Source: Octopus sinensis
Taxonomy: Eukaryota
NCBI RefSeq assembly: GCF_006345805.1
Contig: NC_043006.1
Location: forward strand, 24,614,001 to 24,678,000
Reading direction: 5' to 3'
Length of the DNA: 64,000 bases
A program made the translations under genes and the position numbers. Below, piece after piece: positions 23,523-39,230 of this stretch. Under the pieces are notes generated by a model, which worked only from the letters and a program-made list of their open reading frames with translations, was not told where the DNA came from and did not search any database. Position 1 is the first letter of the stretch, and each line of letters opens with the position of its first letter.

Positions 23523-25654
23523 TATTATTCAGTTGATATAACAAGATGTATACAAGACAACAGAAGACTACTAAATACCAAGACAATTGAAGAGAAAACC
23601 TAAAACCTGTATATCTGAGAAAGCTCTCCCTGTTCCTCCTCATCATTGTAACTGCCACTGCCACAACATCCTATTCCTGTTGGCATGGATAGGATGGGTT
23701 GTCACTGACCAAGTTAGTTCCTATTTGGAATCACTGCTCTCCTAGATAGGTCAGAGGATTTCATCTTACTTATATGTTCTGTTTTTGTCTATGGTTAGAT
23801 GCTCTTCCTATCACTAATTACTTCACAGAACATACTGGGTGCATTTATAGTGGCACTGACTCTAGAGAGATTATGCTTGCCAAAGCAAGCTAAAGAGGAA
23901 TGAAAGACAATGAAAAAGAATGTGTGGGACAAAGAAAAAGGGTGACAGAGAGATATTGAGGAGCAAGCATAAAATAAAAGGATTTGATAATAGTAAATTG
24001 TGAGAGATAGAGTGAGTGAGAGAAAGAAAAGAAATTGCATTAGCTGCTGCTTGTTCCCTACAAGACTAAACACTCCTTTCTACACTCTTGTTTTTGGTCA
24101 AAGTAAGTATTTCTTCCATATATAGAAAAGGGATCTATAGACTAAGCACTAATAATAAAATTAAAAATAAAGATTTAATTAATATAAATCAAAACTTTGA
24201 AAATGTAAAACAATATCAAAAAAAGAAAGGCAAAAAATAAATTTTGGAAATTATTAAAGAATGAAATCAATATAATAATCTTAATAATTCTTCAATTAGT
24301 TCAAACCACAGAATTTAGTAGCTGGGTTGGAGAATTGCCATAACGTGTAAAGTATTTCCCCAACAACCCTCAAAGAAGAAAGAAAAAAATTCAACAAACC
24401 ACTTAGCCAAGAGAATGTAAAAATTCAAATGAGGAACCTATAAAAGAAATTATTTAATAAAAGATGGCATATATCCAGTTCTAATGTCATCCCAAAGCCA
24501 AGAATATAATGAATGTTAAACTTTACTGAAACATCAGTTGAAATAGCAGGCACATGGTGATGACTAATAAATAGGATTAGTTTATGAATGTTTGTTTCTG
24601 TCTTAGAAGAAGCAATATCCTGCTAGGAGGATATTCACACTAATTTTAAAGGCTACTTGAAATTCTATTCCAAAATATTACCCAGATAAAAAAAAAGTTA
24701 AAATGTCTTTCTTATTTCCAGGCTAATGCAGTCCCAACAATGCCCAGATATTGTATTGAAGTATCTCTATCCATTAATGCGGTTTCTAATTTTGACACAA
24801 GTCTAACTTGAAAGAAAAGGTTTAGTCGATACCATCGACCCTAGTCTTATATTATGAAAAGCCCAAAGAGATGTAAGGCATTGATGTATTATATACATAA
24901 ATCGAAAGTAATATACCAAACCATGTTAGTGTATTACTGTAAGTACCACTAAATAAACATCTTTAATTTATTTTTTAACACTAATTAAATGACAAAAGAA
25001 AATTATTCTCTTACAAACAAGCATGGATTTGAATTCAAAATTCTTTGAGTAACAATGAAAATTGACAATGGATTAATGATAGCCAAGTGTTTGTGTCAGT
25101 AAAATCTTTACAATGCTGACCAGAATTAAATCCTTTGATGAGTTTTTTTTTTTTAGAAGATCACTCAAGAAGTTATTTGCAAAGTGTGTTTTGTATGTGT
25201 GTGAAATGTTTTGATTAATCATACTTATCAGTCAATGTATGGAGATGGATGGATAACTGGCTCTTGGGATTCTTATAAATACAAATAGGAATTTAGAGCC
25301 CAAAACTATCTTAAATTATAATGGAGAAAGCTGTTTATTAATTAAGAATGTAACAGTTACTAAAATAAAGCAAATTATTAAGGGCTTGACTGCCTGGAAA
25401 TTTCCTGTAATTTTGATTTCTGAAATTTATTGAATATTTGAACAACAAGTTTTTTACTAATTTAAATATTCACTACATTCACTGCAGAGTAGATTTTAAT
25501 GTTTAATAAACAATATTTGCTGCAGGCAAAATTTTCTGTTTTCATTTGCAACAGTCTCCCACTCTCTCTCACCTCTATTTTCATTAATGATAATTTAATA
25601 TATATTCACTTCAATGTTTTCATTTCAAGTTTTAATTCGCTATTTGCAAAACCT

Positions 25655-26470
25655 ACAGTTTATTCTATATATATAAGAATTTCCAGTTTTGCCTATATAA
25701 ATCTCCTTGCATGTGGGACAGGTTATGCAGTATATTACGTTCTGCGTCTTGCAATTCATGTCTGCATTTACTTTGAATATGTGACCACTCATAAATTTTA
25801 TTTGTTTGTTTCCCCTCTATATATTTGTAGGTGGGATTACTGCAGATCCCACATCTACCATCTCTGCACTCTTTTACAAAGAATTCGGTTTTAGTTTCTG
25901 ATAAGAATTTCGCTCTTGTTAGTTGTTTCGTCAGGTTTTTGTCTTGGCATTTACTGTTTTTTATGAAATATTTGTTTAATATGTTTCCCATTTTGGGGCT
26001 TTGTAGGACTATTGGTAAGTTTGAATGTATGATTTGAAACATTTTGCTAACTCCAGGGTTGTGTGTGTTTATGAAGGGGGTGATGTTTTCTTTGTTTTTC
26101 GTTTTTGGAGTTCTGAGTTGTGTGATGTCCAGTTTCATTGCTCTTGAGATTCCTTGTTCTAGTAGGAAGTTTTTAAGTTCATTTAGTCTTATTTGGCATG
26201 TTTGTGAGTCGGTTACTATGCTGCATATGCATCTTGCCACACTATATGGAATGTTTCTTTTTATGTGGGATGGGTGACAGGAGTAGAAATTTAAATATTG
26301 GAGTGTGTCGGTTTTTTTGTAGTAGATGTCTGTTGTGACGATGGAGTTGTGTATCTTGATGTTGATGTCTAGGAAGGGAAGTTCGTTGTGGCTGGTATCT
26401 ATCGTGAAGTTGATAGATGGGTGCAGTGTGTTGAGGATGTTGTGGAATGTTCATAGATCTTCTTCTGATC
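25655..26470 (-). mobile_element. Penelope-like element: RT C-terminus, linker and GIY-YIG endonuclease
   Basis: LHPSINFT..ELPFLDI..TDIYYKKTDTLQYLNFYSCHPSHIKRNIPYSVARC..CRDGRCGIC; after a frameshift QNVIYCITCPTCKEIYIGKT. Confidence 0.85.
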
Positions 26471-26499
26471 TGTTCCAAAGAACAGATCTGATCTGTTCC

Positions 26500-28110
26500 A
26501 AAAGAACAGCTTATCACCACCCTACTCTGTCTAGAGCAGACTGCTCCCATGTGTCATGGTTGATGTTGAAGGCTTTCAGTGTCCTTAAAGCGCTTCTTCT
26601 GGCCACCTTGTGAGCGCTTTCCCTTTTGCAGCTCGCCAAAGAGCAATCATTTTGGTAATCAATCGTCTGACATGCAAGCTACGTGCCCTGCCCAGGGAAG
26701 CTGAGACTGCATCAAGATGGTATGGATGCTGGGCAGGTTAGCACGTATTAGTACCTCGGTATCTGAAATCCTGTCCTGCCACTTTATGCAGAGAAGTTTT
26801 CTGAGGCGTATTGTATGAAAGTGGTTCAGCTTCCAGGGCATAGTGCTGGTGGACCGTCCAGGACTCGCAGCCGTAAAGCAGCATTGTGAGAACAACAGCC
26901 CGGCACACCTTGCTCTTTGTCATGATGGTGATCCCCCTCCTATCCCAGACGGTCTTGCGTAGCCTGCCGAAGGCAGCACTTGCCTTAGCAAGTCTGGCAC
27001 TGATTTCGTCATCGATGACATTTCTAGAGAGTGTGTTGCCAAGGTAGGTGAACTTATCCACTGTGTTCAGTCGCTGCCCGTTGATGGTGATGTTGGGTTC
27101 AACGTAGGGCTTGGTTGGAGCTGGCTGATACATTACCTCAGTCCTTTTTGTATTGATAGTAAGACCAAAGTTGTTGCAGGCACCAGAGAACAAGTCAACA
27201 TGCTGTGCTGTATGTTGGACTCCGTGGCAGCATTGAGAGTGCAGTCATCGGTGAACAGGTCGTTAACGGTATCTACTGAAACCTTGGTTTTCTCTTTGAG
27301 CCTCATGAGGTTGAAGACTGAACCGTCGGACTGCTACTTGATGCCGATGCCTATGTCTGTATCCCTGAAAGCATCTTTCAGCATGGCTGAGGACGTAAGG
27401 CTGAACAAGGTGGGAGCAAGGACACATCCTTGTTTCACTCCGTTGGAGACAGCGAATGTATCAGAGGTCTCTCCGTTGTCCTGTACTTTTGCCAACATAC
27501 CATCATGTAGTTGTCTTACGATGGTGATGAATTTTCTGGGGCATCCATACTTCGCCAAGATTCTCCAGAGACCTTCTCTACTAATGGTATCAAAGGCCGT
27601 GGTCAGATCGATGTAGGTGGAGTAGAGGTCGACGTTCTGCTCCCAACACTTCTCCTGCAGCTGTCTAGCAGCAAACACCATGCCGATAGTCCCACACTCT
27701 TTCTGGAAGCCACACTGGTTCTCAGGTAGGAGTCCTTGCTCTAGGTATGCAATGAGGCAGTTGAGCAAAACTCTAGCCAGGATCTTGCCTGTGGTGGACA
27801 GCAGTGAAATTCCGCGATGATTGTCGCAGACCTGGTGGTTTCCATTTCGCTTGTAGAGGTGGATGATGGAGGCATCCTTGAAGTCTTGAGGCACTCTCTC
27901 ATGCATCCGGATGAGTTGAAACAGCTGGTGAATTTTCCTGGTCGGGGCCATACTGCCTTCTTTGAATACTTCAGCTGGGATGTAGTCCAGACAAGGTGCT
28001 TTGCCGCTGTACAGTGGGTGGCATGCCTTCAGAATTTCCTCAAAAAGTTGGTTCGACGTCCATTGACTCCTCAACGGGGACTTGAGGTAGCCTATCGATG
28101 GCTTCACCAT
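26500..28110 (-). mobile_element. RTE-BovB-like LINE RT and C-terminus
   Basis: NHRGISLLSTTGK, QCGFQK, YIDLTTAFDTISR, GVKQGCVLAPTLF, FTYLG, LLYGCESW, WAGHVACM. Confidence 0.9.
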
Positions 28111-30039
<1,929 letters not shown>

Positions 30040-31221
30040 ATGCATGGAAAGGAAATATTATGTTATGGGACACAGGACAATGAATTAACTTTTAAGAGCA
30101 AAGACAATGTTCATGCAGATGCACCTCCTGAACTGAAAAAATTCAGAACATTATTATTATTATTTGCTTGATGTTGGATGATGCATCAGCATTGTGTCTG
30201 ATGTTCCTATATTTTGTTTATGATGTTGAATGTACTATCTTTGTTGTTGTAACAGAAAAGTTCTGAGAAACTTCCTTTTCCCTAAGAGGGGACAGAGTGC
30301 TACACGAAAATGTTTCACTTGGAAAGAAAAAAGGTGGATTTTCATTTAGGCATATCGGTTCAAACCTGAATCTACAGAATTCCCTTTTGAAGTACCACAA
30401 CACATTCACACAGAGAAACAAGAATTGACAGCTGAAACACTCAACACATAGCCTATGCCAAGCCCATTTATGTATTGACCCCACTTGACCCCTCCTATAC
30501 AAACAATAGTTGATAAGGAAGATACCTACAGCAGTTCCCATTGTTTTGAGAGCTATGATATGTCTCTTTCTCACTATGTTGCTATCATTATAAATATTGA
30601 AAATTAGCAAGCCAAAGTCAGTTAGTGAAATGAGTTGGCGAGAAAGGGGCGACCTCAAAGTAGTTGGTGAGATGAAGAAGATGACAAGAGGCAACTATGA
30701 TATTTATAACTTTCCTTGGCTCACTTTAGAATGGTGTCATTCTGTCTTTCTCTGTTGTGGCTGCTGAAATGACAGGCAGAACATTGGCATCATTCTGTCC
30801 ATCTCCTTTATTTTGCTGTCTCTATCTACTGCAAACAACAACACAAGAAAACGATAAGGGTGACTTCCCTTTTGTTTTGATTGCTCACTTCTATAGCAAC
30901 TGCTGGAGTTTCAACTCCCATCAAGGAAATCCATTAAGAACTGATATATATATATATTCAAACTATTTGTGACTGCTTGTGTTTTGGACTCGAATGATTA
31001 TAACAGCTTTGAGCTGTCTTCAATCTGTGTGTTTTATGCTATTCATTTATATCAATACACAATCAATACACATCTAAAATCCTACAGGTGGTTGTTTTAT
31101 TTGCTGTTGCCTTTGTCTAACCCGTAACAATACACACACACACACACACACATACATACATATATATATATATATATACATACATATAGACAGACAGATA
31201 TATGCATATCTATATATATAG

Positions 31222-31945
31222 ATGTGGTGTGCAAGAGAGACGACTGTCATGTGTTGCATATGGACAGCTGTGTGAAAAAGTGTTACCCCCTAGCAGTAGA
31301 GGGAACCTGTGGAAGAGGTAGATCCAGGAAGACCTGGAATGAGGTAGTGAAGCACGACCTCTAAACATTGGGTTTCACCAAGGCAATGATAAGTAACCGA
31401 GACCTGTGCTTGAGAAGACCCGGCGAGCCAAGTGAGACCATAACTGTGGCCTATGCCAGTGCAGCATAACCAGCCCATTTAAGAGAACCTTTCAATCATT
31501 GGGCAATAAACTGCACTTGAATTGTTGTCATGGCCGATGACAGTACCACCTGATTGGCACCCATGTCAGTGGCACATAAAAAGCACCATACAAGTGTGGT
31601 CGATACCAGTGCCGCCTGACTGACTTTCATGCTGGTGGAATGTAAAAAGCACCATTTGAGCATGGTCGATGCCAGTGCTGGATGACTGGGCCTGTGCCGG
31701 TGGCACATAAAAACCACCATTCGAGCATGGTCATTGCCACTACCACCTGACTGGCCCTCGTGCCAGTGGCATGTAAAAAGCACCCACTACACTCTCGGAG
31801 TGGTTGGCATTAGGAAGGGCATCTAGCTGTAGAAACATTGCCAGATCAGACAGGAGCCTTGCACAGCCTTCTGGTTTGCCCTCAGTCAAACCGTCCAACC
31901 CATGCCAGCATGGAAAGCGGATATTAAATGACAATGATAATGAGA
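31222..31945 (+). mobile_element. RTE LINE 3' end with UTR repeats
   Basis: GTCGRGRSRKTW-like remnant, GTGGCAC..AAAAAGCACC repeats, (ATG)n tail. Confidence 0.75.
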
Positions 31946-31959
31946 GGGCTGCTTTCTCT

Positions 31960-32975
31960 CAGATATATCACTGCAAGCAGAGTCTCTGTTCAACCACCCA
32001 AATAGTGCCCCACCCAACAAGTAGTAAATGTTTTGGACCTCTGCTTCACAAATAACACAGCATTCGTCCATGATGTTAAGGTGACACTGACAATTTTTTC
32101 CGCCCATAACTTAATACAACTAACAATGTCTGGTCTGCAAGCATACAGGTTACTAGAAGCACCCAACTCCTTTCCAGCCTGAACTTTCATAAAGCTGACT
32201 GGAAGAGTATTCAGAAAGGTCATTGAACAAAACTTGATTATCAGTCTTTCTAAGCAAGATACTGACATAAAGCTACAGCATTTTATGACAATCATGCATG
32301 GCATGTGTAGTAAGTTTGCTCCAAAGAGAATGCGAAACCAACAGCAAAATATAATCCCCAAAGATAAGAAGATTCTAATGAGACAACAAGCAAAGATTGC
32401 AATCTGTTTAAATGGTCCACTAAAGGAGAGCAAAGGCTCCTATCACAAACAAACATTGCTTGAGATTGAAAGTGAACTTAAACACTCACATGAAAAGAAG
32501 AGGGCAGAAAAAGAAGCCAGGGCTGTAAAAAAAAAAGAAAGGTAAACTTCAACCCTAAAGCCATCTACAGGTTTGCAAATGAGTACGGTACAAGATAGAG
32601 CCATTTTTCATAGAAAATGGCTCACTGACTGCTGACCCTCAGAGGATATATGAAATACTGAATGTCAAATCAAAAGTGTTTTCACAACTCAGATGGGACA
32701 CTTGCAAATAGCTATGGCTGATAGTTTTTCAGCACCACAGCTCTACACATGCAGATGGTGATTATTGTTACAGCAAAAGAGGAAACTGATGTAATATTAG
32801 CAACAGATGAAATAAGCTTAAATTCAGTCCCAGGCCCTGATGAATTCCCAGCAGTCCTAAACAAATGCAATAGGGCTCTAACAAGACCACTACAGATCCT
32901 CTACCAAAGTTTCTTTGCAACTGGGAAGTTAAATGAAAGTATATGTCTTAACTATAAAGGAGGAAGCAGAGAAGA
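31960..32975 (+). mobile_element. Older decayed relative of the 4375-6235 LINE
   Basis: NVLDLCFTNN, LNFHKADWK, IIPKDKKILMR, NPKAIYRFA, VPGPDEFPAVL. Confidence 0.7.
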
Positions 32976-33900
32976 TGATTGATTGAGATAGATAGATAGA
33001 TCTCCAACTCTGCACGCAAACGTCCTAAGTGAAAATTTACATAAGATTTGCGATTTTAAACATGAGAGTAGCACCTCCTCAGACCTGCATCAAAGGTACA
33101 CTCTTAAATTGTGCATGAAAATATAAACAGACTGTTAAATGTTGATAAAATTATGGTTAGGGAATGAGGAAACAGTAGAAAGAGAAGAGTAGAGAAGAAA
33201 AAGATGAAGAAGAAGAAAAAGGTATGTATCAGGGACGTATATTCCAGGTATGCTAGGTGTGTGCTGCATACCCATCAAAAATGGTAAATTCATTATAAAT
33301 ATTAACCTTACTCATTAATTTAATCACAAATCTTAATGAAAAACTTTTGTTATACCCCTGCTTGAAATTTGGTGGCATACACAACCACCTAATATGTATG
33401 TGTGCACATATATACATATACACACCCACACACACACATATATTTCTATACATACAGACATGATAGATTCTTGATCAGTTACAATGATGAGCATTCACAT
33501 ATTCAATCACCTGAATATCTGTACCTTTAATGTAATTCCCATGTAGAACCAGTATTGCAGTACGTGACAAATCTGGGCATCCGGCAGGTTGCCACAGTTT
33601 ATCATCTCTAGTTTCAATCACAAGATATCAGTCCCAATCATTTTGCAAAGACAGTTCTTCAACAAGTCACAAGTGGGACCGAACCAAGTAGATCACCTCA
33701 TGATTCATCATCATCATCGCAAATAAATCTCAGAGATGTCGGAGCAGACTTCAGCCCCGATATCCGAAACTAATTTTTATCATGACAACCAACTAATTGA
33801 CACATATTATATTTATAGATAAATTCCTCTATTTTACATAATATCGAGGTCCCATTCATTCTTTTGTTGTCACAATATTATTAATATATATATATATATT

Positions 33901-34174
33901 GTTGAATTTCGGGACGATCATTTTATTTTTTTAATGTTAAATAAACACACGCACTATATTTTTTCTTCACTCGTTTACTACTCTTATTTATGTACATTGT
34001 CCACCGACCCAGTGACAACACCATCGAAAGGACCAGACTCGTCTGTGATCCTGTCATTGGGTCGATGGATAATAGACATAAATAAGAACAGAATAAACGA
34101 GTGAAGAAAAAATATATATATTGCCTGTGTTTATTTGGCAAATAAATAAATAAAATGACCATCCAGAAATACAA
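33901..34174. repeat. Long imperfect hairpin, MITE-like
   Basis: Arms ~33901-34019 and ~34052-34174, e.g. TTTTTTCTTCACTCGTTTA/TAAACGAGTGAAGAAAAAA and CGACCCAGTGACA/TGTCATTGGGTCG. Confidence 0.7.
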
Positions 34175-34349
34175 TCTGTTTCAACACAGGAATTTTGCAA
34201 AACGTCTGTGTGTATGTGCGTGTGCGCGGAGTTAAAAGACATGGACCTCATCCCCTTTCGGTTAATATTTGGGATTTTTTCTAAAGAAACCCCGCTTTTC
34301 GATTGCGGGGATTCCGAATATGAATATATATGTGTGTGTGTGTGTGTGT

Positions 34350-34680
34350 GCAGGTGTAGATGTGTGGTAAGAAGCTCACTTCCGAACTATATAGTACCCA
34401 TTTCAGTCCCACTGAGTGACACCTTGGGTAAGTGTCTTTTGCTGAAGTCTTGAGCTGACCAAAGCCTTACGAGTGGATTTGGTAGACGGAAACTCGTCAT
34501 GTGTGTGTGTGTTTTGTGTCTAGATCTGTCCCCCGCTATCGCTTGACAACCAGCGCTGGTGTGTTCGGCAAAAAAGACAGATTGAATAAATATTAGGCTT
34601 TAAAAAAAACATAAGTCCTAGGCTCCATTTGTCTGACTATAAAACCTTCAAAGCATGGCTGAAACAAGTAAAAGATTCTT
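34350..34680 (+). mobile_element. tRNA-headed CORE-like SINE
   Basis: Same family as 11255-11700. Confidence 0.65.
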
Positions 34681-35182
34681 CGTTTTTGTATCTAGTTTGC
34701 AAGTAAACTGCAGAAGCTACTCAGAGGTTTTGCAAGCACTTCTAATCCATTGCAGTATATATAAACTGGGTACCTCACAACGGTGGATCATTGTACCTTT
34801 GGCTGTTTATTATAAACTCTCTTTCATAAATGTGTCTGTTCAGTCCTAATTACTTGCATTTAAAATTAACTATATATTATTCGTAAACAAATAAAGTATT
34901 GACAGTGACTTCGAAGTCTCGGCCAGCAATACAATCAATGCACTGGCCGATATGGCTTAGCTGGCTGAATCTTCAAAGCCATTATGAATACTATTTTTGT
35001 TGAATAATAAATTTTCTACTCTACCAAAATTATTGAGTAATCCTTTAGTTTAATATAAAATTGCTTTTATTATAATATAAAAACAAACATTAATGAAGCA
35101 AGACTCGAAATATATATATACATATTACAGGATGTTAAATTAAATGGCCGGTCATTTTTTGGATTTATGATCCACTGACGTT

Positions 35183-35223
<41 letters not shown>

Positions 35224-35569
35224 CATATGTGTGTGTGTATATATATATAAAGGCCATATACATTTGTATATGTATGTATTTATACATAAAAATATTAGTG
35301 TGCACACACGTATGTATGAGATTATGGGTGCGTGTGTATAGGGTAGATAAATACATACAAAGACAGGTACATACGTAAGGGTTGAGTAGGTATGTGCGCA
35401 CGCGAATGTGTATGTATATATATATATATATATACATTATATATTATATTTATATATCAAAGCAGGTTTGTTAAGATTATGGCCATATTGTAGACACAAA
35501 TCTAAAACCTACTTTTTTCTTAAGTCACCCCTTAAAATACATAATGAGACAAACATTACTAAAACTCAC

Positions 35570-35699
35570 CGTTTTGAACATTCAATGCATTCAAAGCTTC
35601 TATAGCCGGTTGTGGATCGCTATTGCTCCTCTGTCGCTGGTATTCCCGACCGTCTACTGTTGTTACTTCTGTTTCAGTCGCCATTTCAACGTCAGCCAT
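35570..35699 (-). CDS. First coding exon of an unidentified gene (MADVEMATETEVTTVDGREYQRQRSNSDPQPAIEALNALNVQN, phase 1)
   Basis: ATG in GAAG-ATG-G context, 43 open codons, donor ACG/gtgagt, locally CpG-rich. Confidence 0.8.
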
Positions 35700-35760
35700 C
35701 TTCAGAGGTCACTTCCGCCGTCTTCACCTTCACACCTCCTTGCTGGAGTTTTACGTTCGA
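35680..35760 (-). promoter_or_regulatory. Housekeeping-type start region with ETS and YY1-like motifs
   Basis: GGCGGAAGTG at 35719-35710; AAGATGGC over the ATG and AAATGGCG just downstream. Confidence 0.45.
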
Positions 35761-36318
35761 GTCCAGCCTACACTGGCATATTTTACGCTTATCTCTAGAT
35801 AAGATACATTCCTATTGCTTTTATGTTTTGTTTCCAAGTCTGTATTAAATATACTTTACGCACATATAGACAATGAGTCGATTGCAAAATGGAAACGAAA
35901 TTTGTGCTTCGAAAAAAATGAAAATATTATACAGGAGAAACGAATATAGAACGAATTTCTCCCCGAATCATTGTGCTTGTGTGATATTAATTTACGGTTA
36001 TTTCTTCCTACTAGTCTCGTCCATTTTATTACTTATATTTTATTTTATTTATTTTTAAATTCAACTGAAATCCGCTTTGGCACTACCTATATTTCCTAAA
36101 CGTTTTCCCACCTATCCCAGGCAGTTTGTATTTTCCCCTCCTCCTTACGTTAATACTTATCTATTTACCTCTTACTACAGCATTTCTCATTTCATTTACC
36201 TCACTACATCCATACATCACTTTATTGGTCTACCTTACTCAAAAACAACATTATTATTTCAAGCATTTTTTTTTTTTTATTTCCACAAGAATTTTTTTTT
36301 TTTACAATTAATTTATAC

Positions 36319-36741
36319 GGATCTTTTCGGTTTGAACGGCAGTTTTTTAAAAAATAATTTCCACGTAACTAAACACTTTTAAACTTCGTATACTGGTAGA
36401 ATGTGTTTATATAAAACATCTTTTTCTCTTAGCTTTATTGAGAAAATTCTATAGTTTGTAAGATATTTGTTGGGGGTTTTTTTTCTTCAATTTCTGCAAT
36501 TTCAACCAATCAATTACGTCTATTGAGGTTATAAACATTCTGTGCCGTATGAATATGTCCCTCGTTTAAGAAACAGATTGGGTTTATTTACATTTGTGAA
36601 GAAAAAAAGATACCCGTCCCCGACTTCTAACCCTAACCTTAAAAGAAATTGAAATGCAATGGATCGATACTAGGGTCATAATTATGGGTGACAATTTCAT
36701 ATGACACCGCTAGAAAAGTGCCGTTCAACCCGAAAAGATCC
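36319..36741. mobile_element. 423-bp MITE with GG-start TIRs and 8-bp TSD (Merlin-like)
   Basis: TIR GGATCTTTTCGGTTTGAACGGCA / TGCCGTTCAACCCGAAAAGATCC; TSD ATTTATAC at 36311-36318 and 36742-36749; partial copy at 39754-39991. Confidence 0.75.
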
Positions 36742-37010
36742 ATTTATACGACATAATCCCATAAAGGCAATCTTTTTTTTTTCTGCGAGTTATATCGAAG
36801 GATAGCCCGATATATTTTATTCTTCTCTCTCATTCTGTAGGAGTGTGTGTGCCGAGAGTTTCGTGCGTGGTATGCACACATGGTGTAATGGGAGCTAATT
36901 CACTTTCGCACCTCTTGAAAAATGCATTTTTTTGGAAAAAAAAAAAAAAAAAAACCGCCCCACCCCACAAAAAACACCCCTTTTTTTTATTTAATTTTTT
37001 TCTTCTACAC

Positions 37011-37326
37011 AAGCCCCCGTTTTCGGAAAATACGAATCTTCCAAACAATTGGCAAAAATCGGCATTTTGAAATTACCTCTCCTCCCGCCCTCCATTTCTT
37101 CATTTTTAACTTTTTTCAGAATTTTTTTTTTTTTTAATGCGGAAAAATACGGAGATTGTGATTCTGAAAAAGTTTCCAAAAATGTTTGTACTTAGGGTTA
37201 GGGTAACAGTTAAGGGGAAAAAAGTGAAAATGAAGAAATTGGGGGGAAGCGGGAGACCGAAATCTCAAAATGCCGATGTTTGACAATTTTCCGGAATCTC
37301 CGTATCGGAAAGGGGGGGGGAGAAAA
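37011..37326. repeat. Degenerate ~105-bp inverted repeat with TTAGGG motifs in the spacer
   Basis: 37011-37115 aligns to the reverse complement of 37219-37326 (ATCGGCATTTTGA / TCAAAATGCCGAT). Confidence 0.55.
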
Positions 37327-38229
37327 TGGGGTGGGGCGGAGAAAGTTTTTCCAAAAACTTTTCAGATTCCTGCGGTTTAAGATATCAGAGATTATGAATA
37401 TGCAAAAAAAAATTTTTTAACCCTAACCGCCCCCCCATTCAAATTTTTGATTTTTGATTGACGAACATATGCAAATCGAAATTAAATACAGACAAAAACA
37501 TTAAAGTGAAAAGAATTAGCGTTTTACTTGTTTGCCTTAAAATAATCGTAAACTAAACATACACCATTTTATCAGAAACAAACATTAATGTTTAATAATT
37601 AATGTTATGAAGTTTTTAATAAGGGGCTCAAATTCACCCCTCCCCCAATTTTAAATTTTGAACTTTTTCATCCATTTACTTTATCTATTTATCCCTGTCT
37701 GTTTATTCATAAAATATATTGGTAAAATTTGTCAACTAAATGTGGTGGTCCTATAGAATACGGTGTTGCTGTTGTTTTTAACCCCAGGAAGACATTCATA
37801 TCTATTCTCTTTATACACATATCTATATGCTTATTGAATTTAAAATTTTGAAAATGTGATTTCTTGCATATGCAGAATCTCCGTCATCTAAAACATAGGC
37901 GAAAACAACTTCGAACAAGTTCAAAATCTTAAGGGGTTGGAGCAGTGTTGAGGGGGTTAATTTTTTGGGGTGGGGTTTGCATATTCGTAATCTCCGACAT
38001 CTAAAACGTATGGATCCGAAAATTTTTTGGGAAACAATGCATTTTCCAAAGAGAGGTGCGAAATTGCATTAGCCCCCACCCCAGTCTTCTTTTTCTCTCT
38101 TTTGTTTCAACTCACCCTAAATATTTACTTTTTAACTTTTTCATTTCTTCCTCTTCGCTACATTTTGCTGATACTTCTCTCTCTCTCTCACTCGCCATAC
38201 CTTCCACGAACGAACATGGATATTTTTTC

Positions 38230-39230
38230 AATAAAATGGTCTACAAATATGCTTCAGATGATGTAGATTCCGATTATATCTGAATTTGTAAGAAAACTGT
38301 TTTCGGGTAGCGTGGACAAGATTCAGAAAATTCTCATGAGTCAGTTTTGTTTCCTCGTAACTTTCGGGAAAGTGGGTACTTTTAAATGAAGATTTCGACA
38401 AATTCCTTTCAGAGTGTGTAGATTACGACTGTGTCAGAAATTAATATGGAAATAAAAACTGGTGGGATAGCACACATACATACTGACATTCATCACTTTC
38501 TGGGATTTTTTTTTTTTTTTTCGAAAAATTCATAATCACAATAAATACTAATATAATCCGAACCTACACCATCTGAAGCGTATTTCTAGAAAATTTCATT
38601 AAAAAATATCTATGTTTCTTAAAGTTAGGTAGAAAGAAATTCGTTGGAGCACATATGTGTAGGTCTGCTTCAGCTGACTCTGGCCGGTCCCTGTATATCA
38701 GTGCGCATGCTTTACGGGAAGTCAAGAGGTCTTTCTTGTCGTCTGCAACATGCGTAACGTAACCAAATGTGTCTTCTGCTGACTTTGTTTCGTCATAACT
38801 TCCACAAAAATGGAAATTTATCAATGAAATGTTCTACAAATATGTGTCACCTAGTGTAGATTCTGATTATATCTGAATTTGTTGTGAAAAAAATGTGGAC
38901 AAAAGATTTAGAAAATTCACATGAGTCAGCTTTATTCCGGCATAACTTTCGAAAACATATGAATTTTTAAACGAAGATTTCCACAAATACCTTTCAGAGT
39001 GTGTAGATTGCGACTGCGTAAGAATTTAATATACAAATAAAAATTGGTGGGATACCACACTTACATACTGACACTCAACATATTTTGTTTTCCGAATATA
39101 ATTACAAAAAATACCAATATAATCCGAATCTGCACCATCAGAAGCGTATTCGTAAAAAATATCCATGTTTCTTAAATTTATGGGGAAAAAAATTCATTGG
39201 AACACATACTAGTAGGTATGCTTCAGCTAA
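38230..39230. repeat. Diverged tandem duplication, period ~595 bp, with a partial third unit near 39385
   Basis: CTACAAATATG..GTAGATT..GATTATATCTGAATTTGT..CATGAGTCAG..TTTCAGAGTGTGTAGATT..GGTGGGATA recurs. Confidence 0.7.

Noticed and set aside
30250-30700. Protein-like stretch after the DNAJC25 fragment
   Set aside because: Multiple stops and frameshifts; no family recognised
37190-37203. TTAGGGTTAGGG as telomeric sequence
   Set aside because: Only two units, internal to a dispersed repeat
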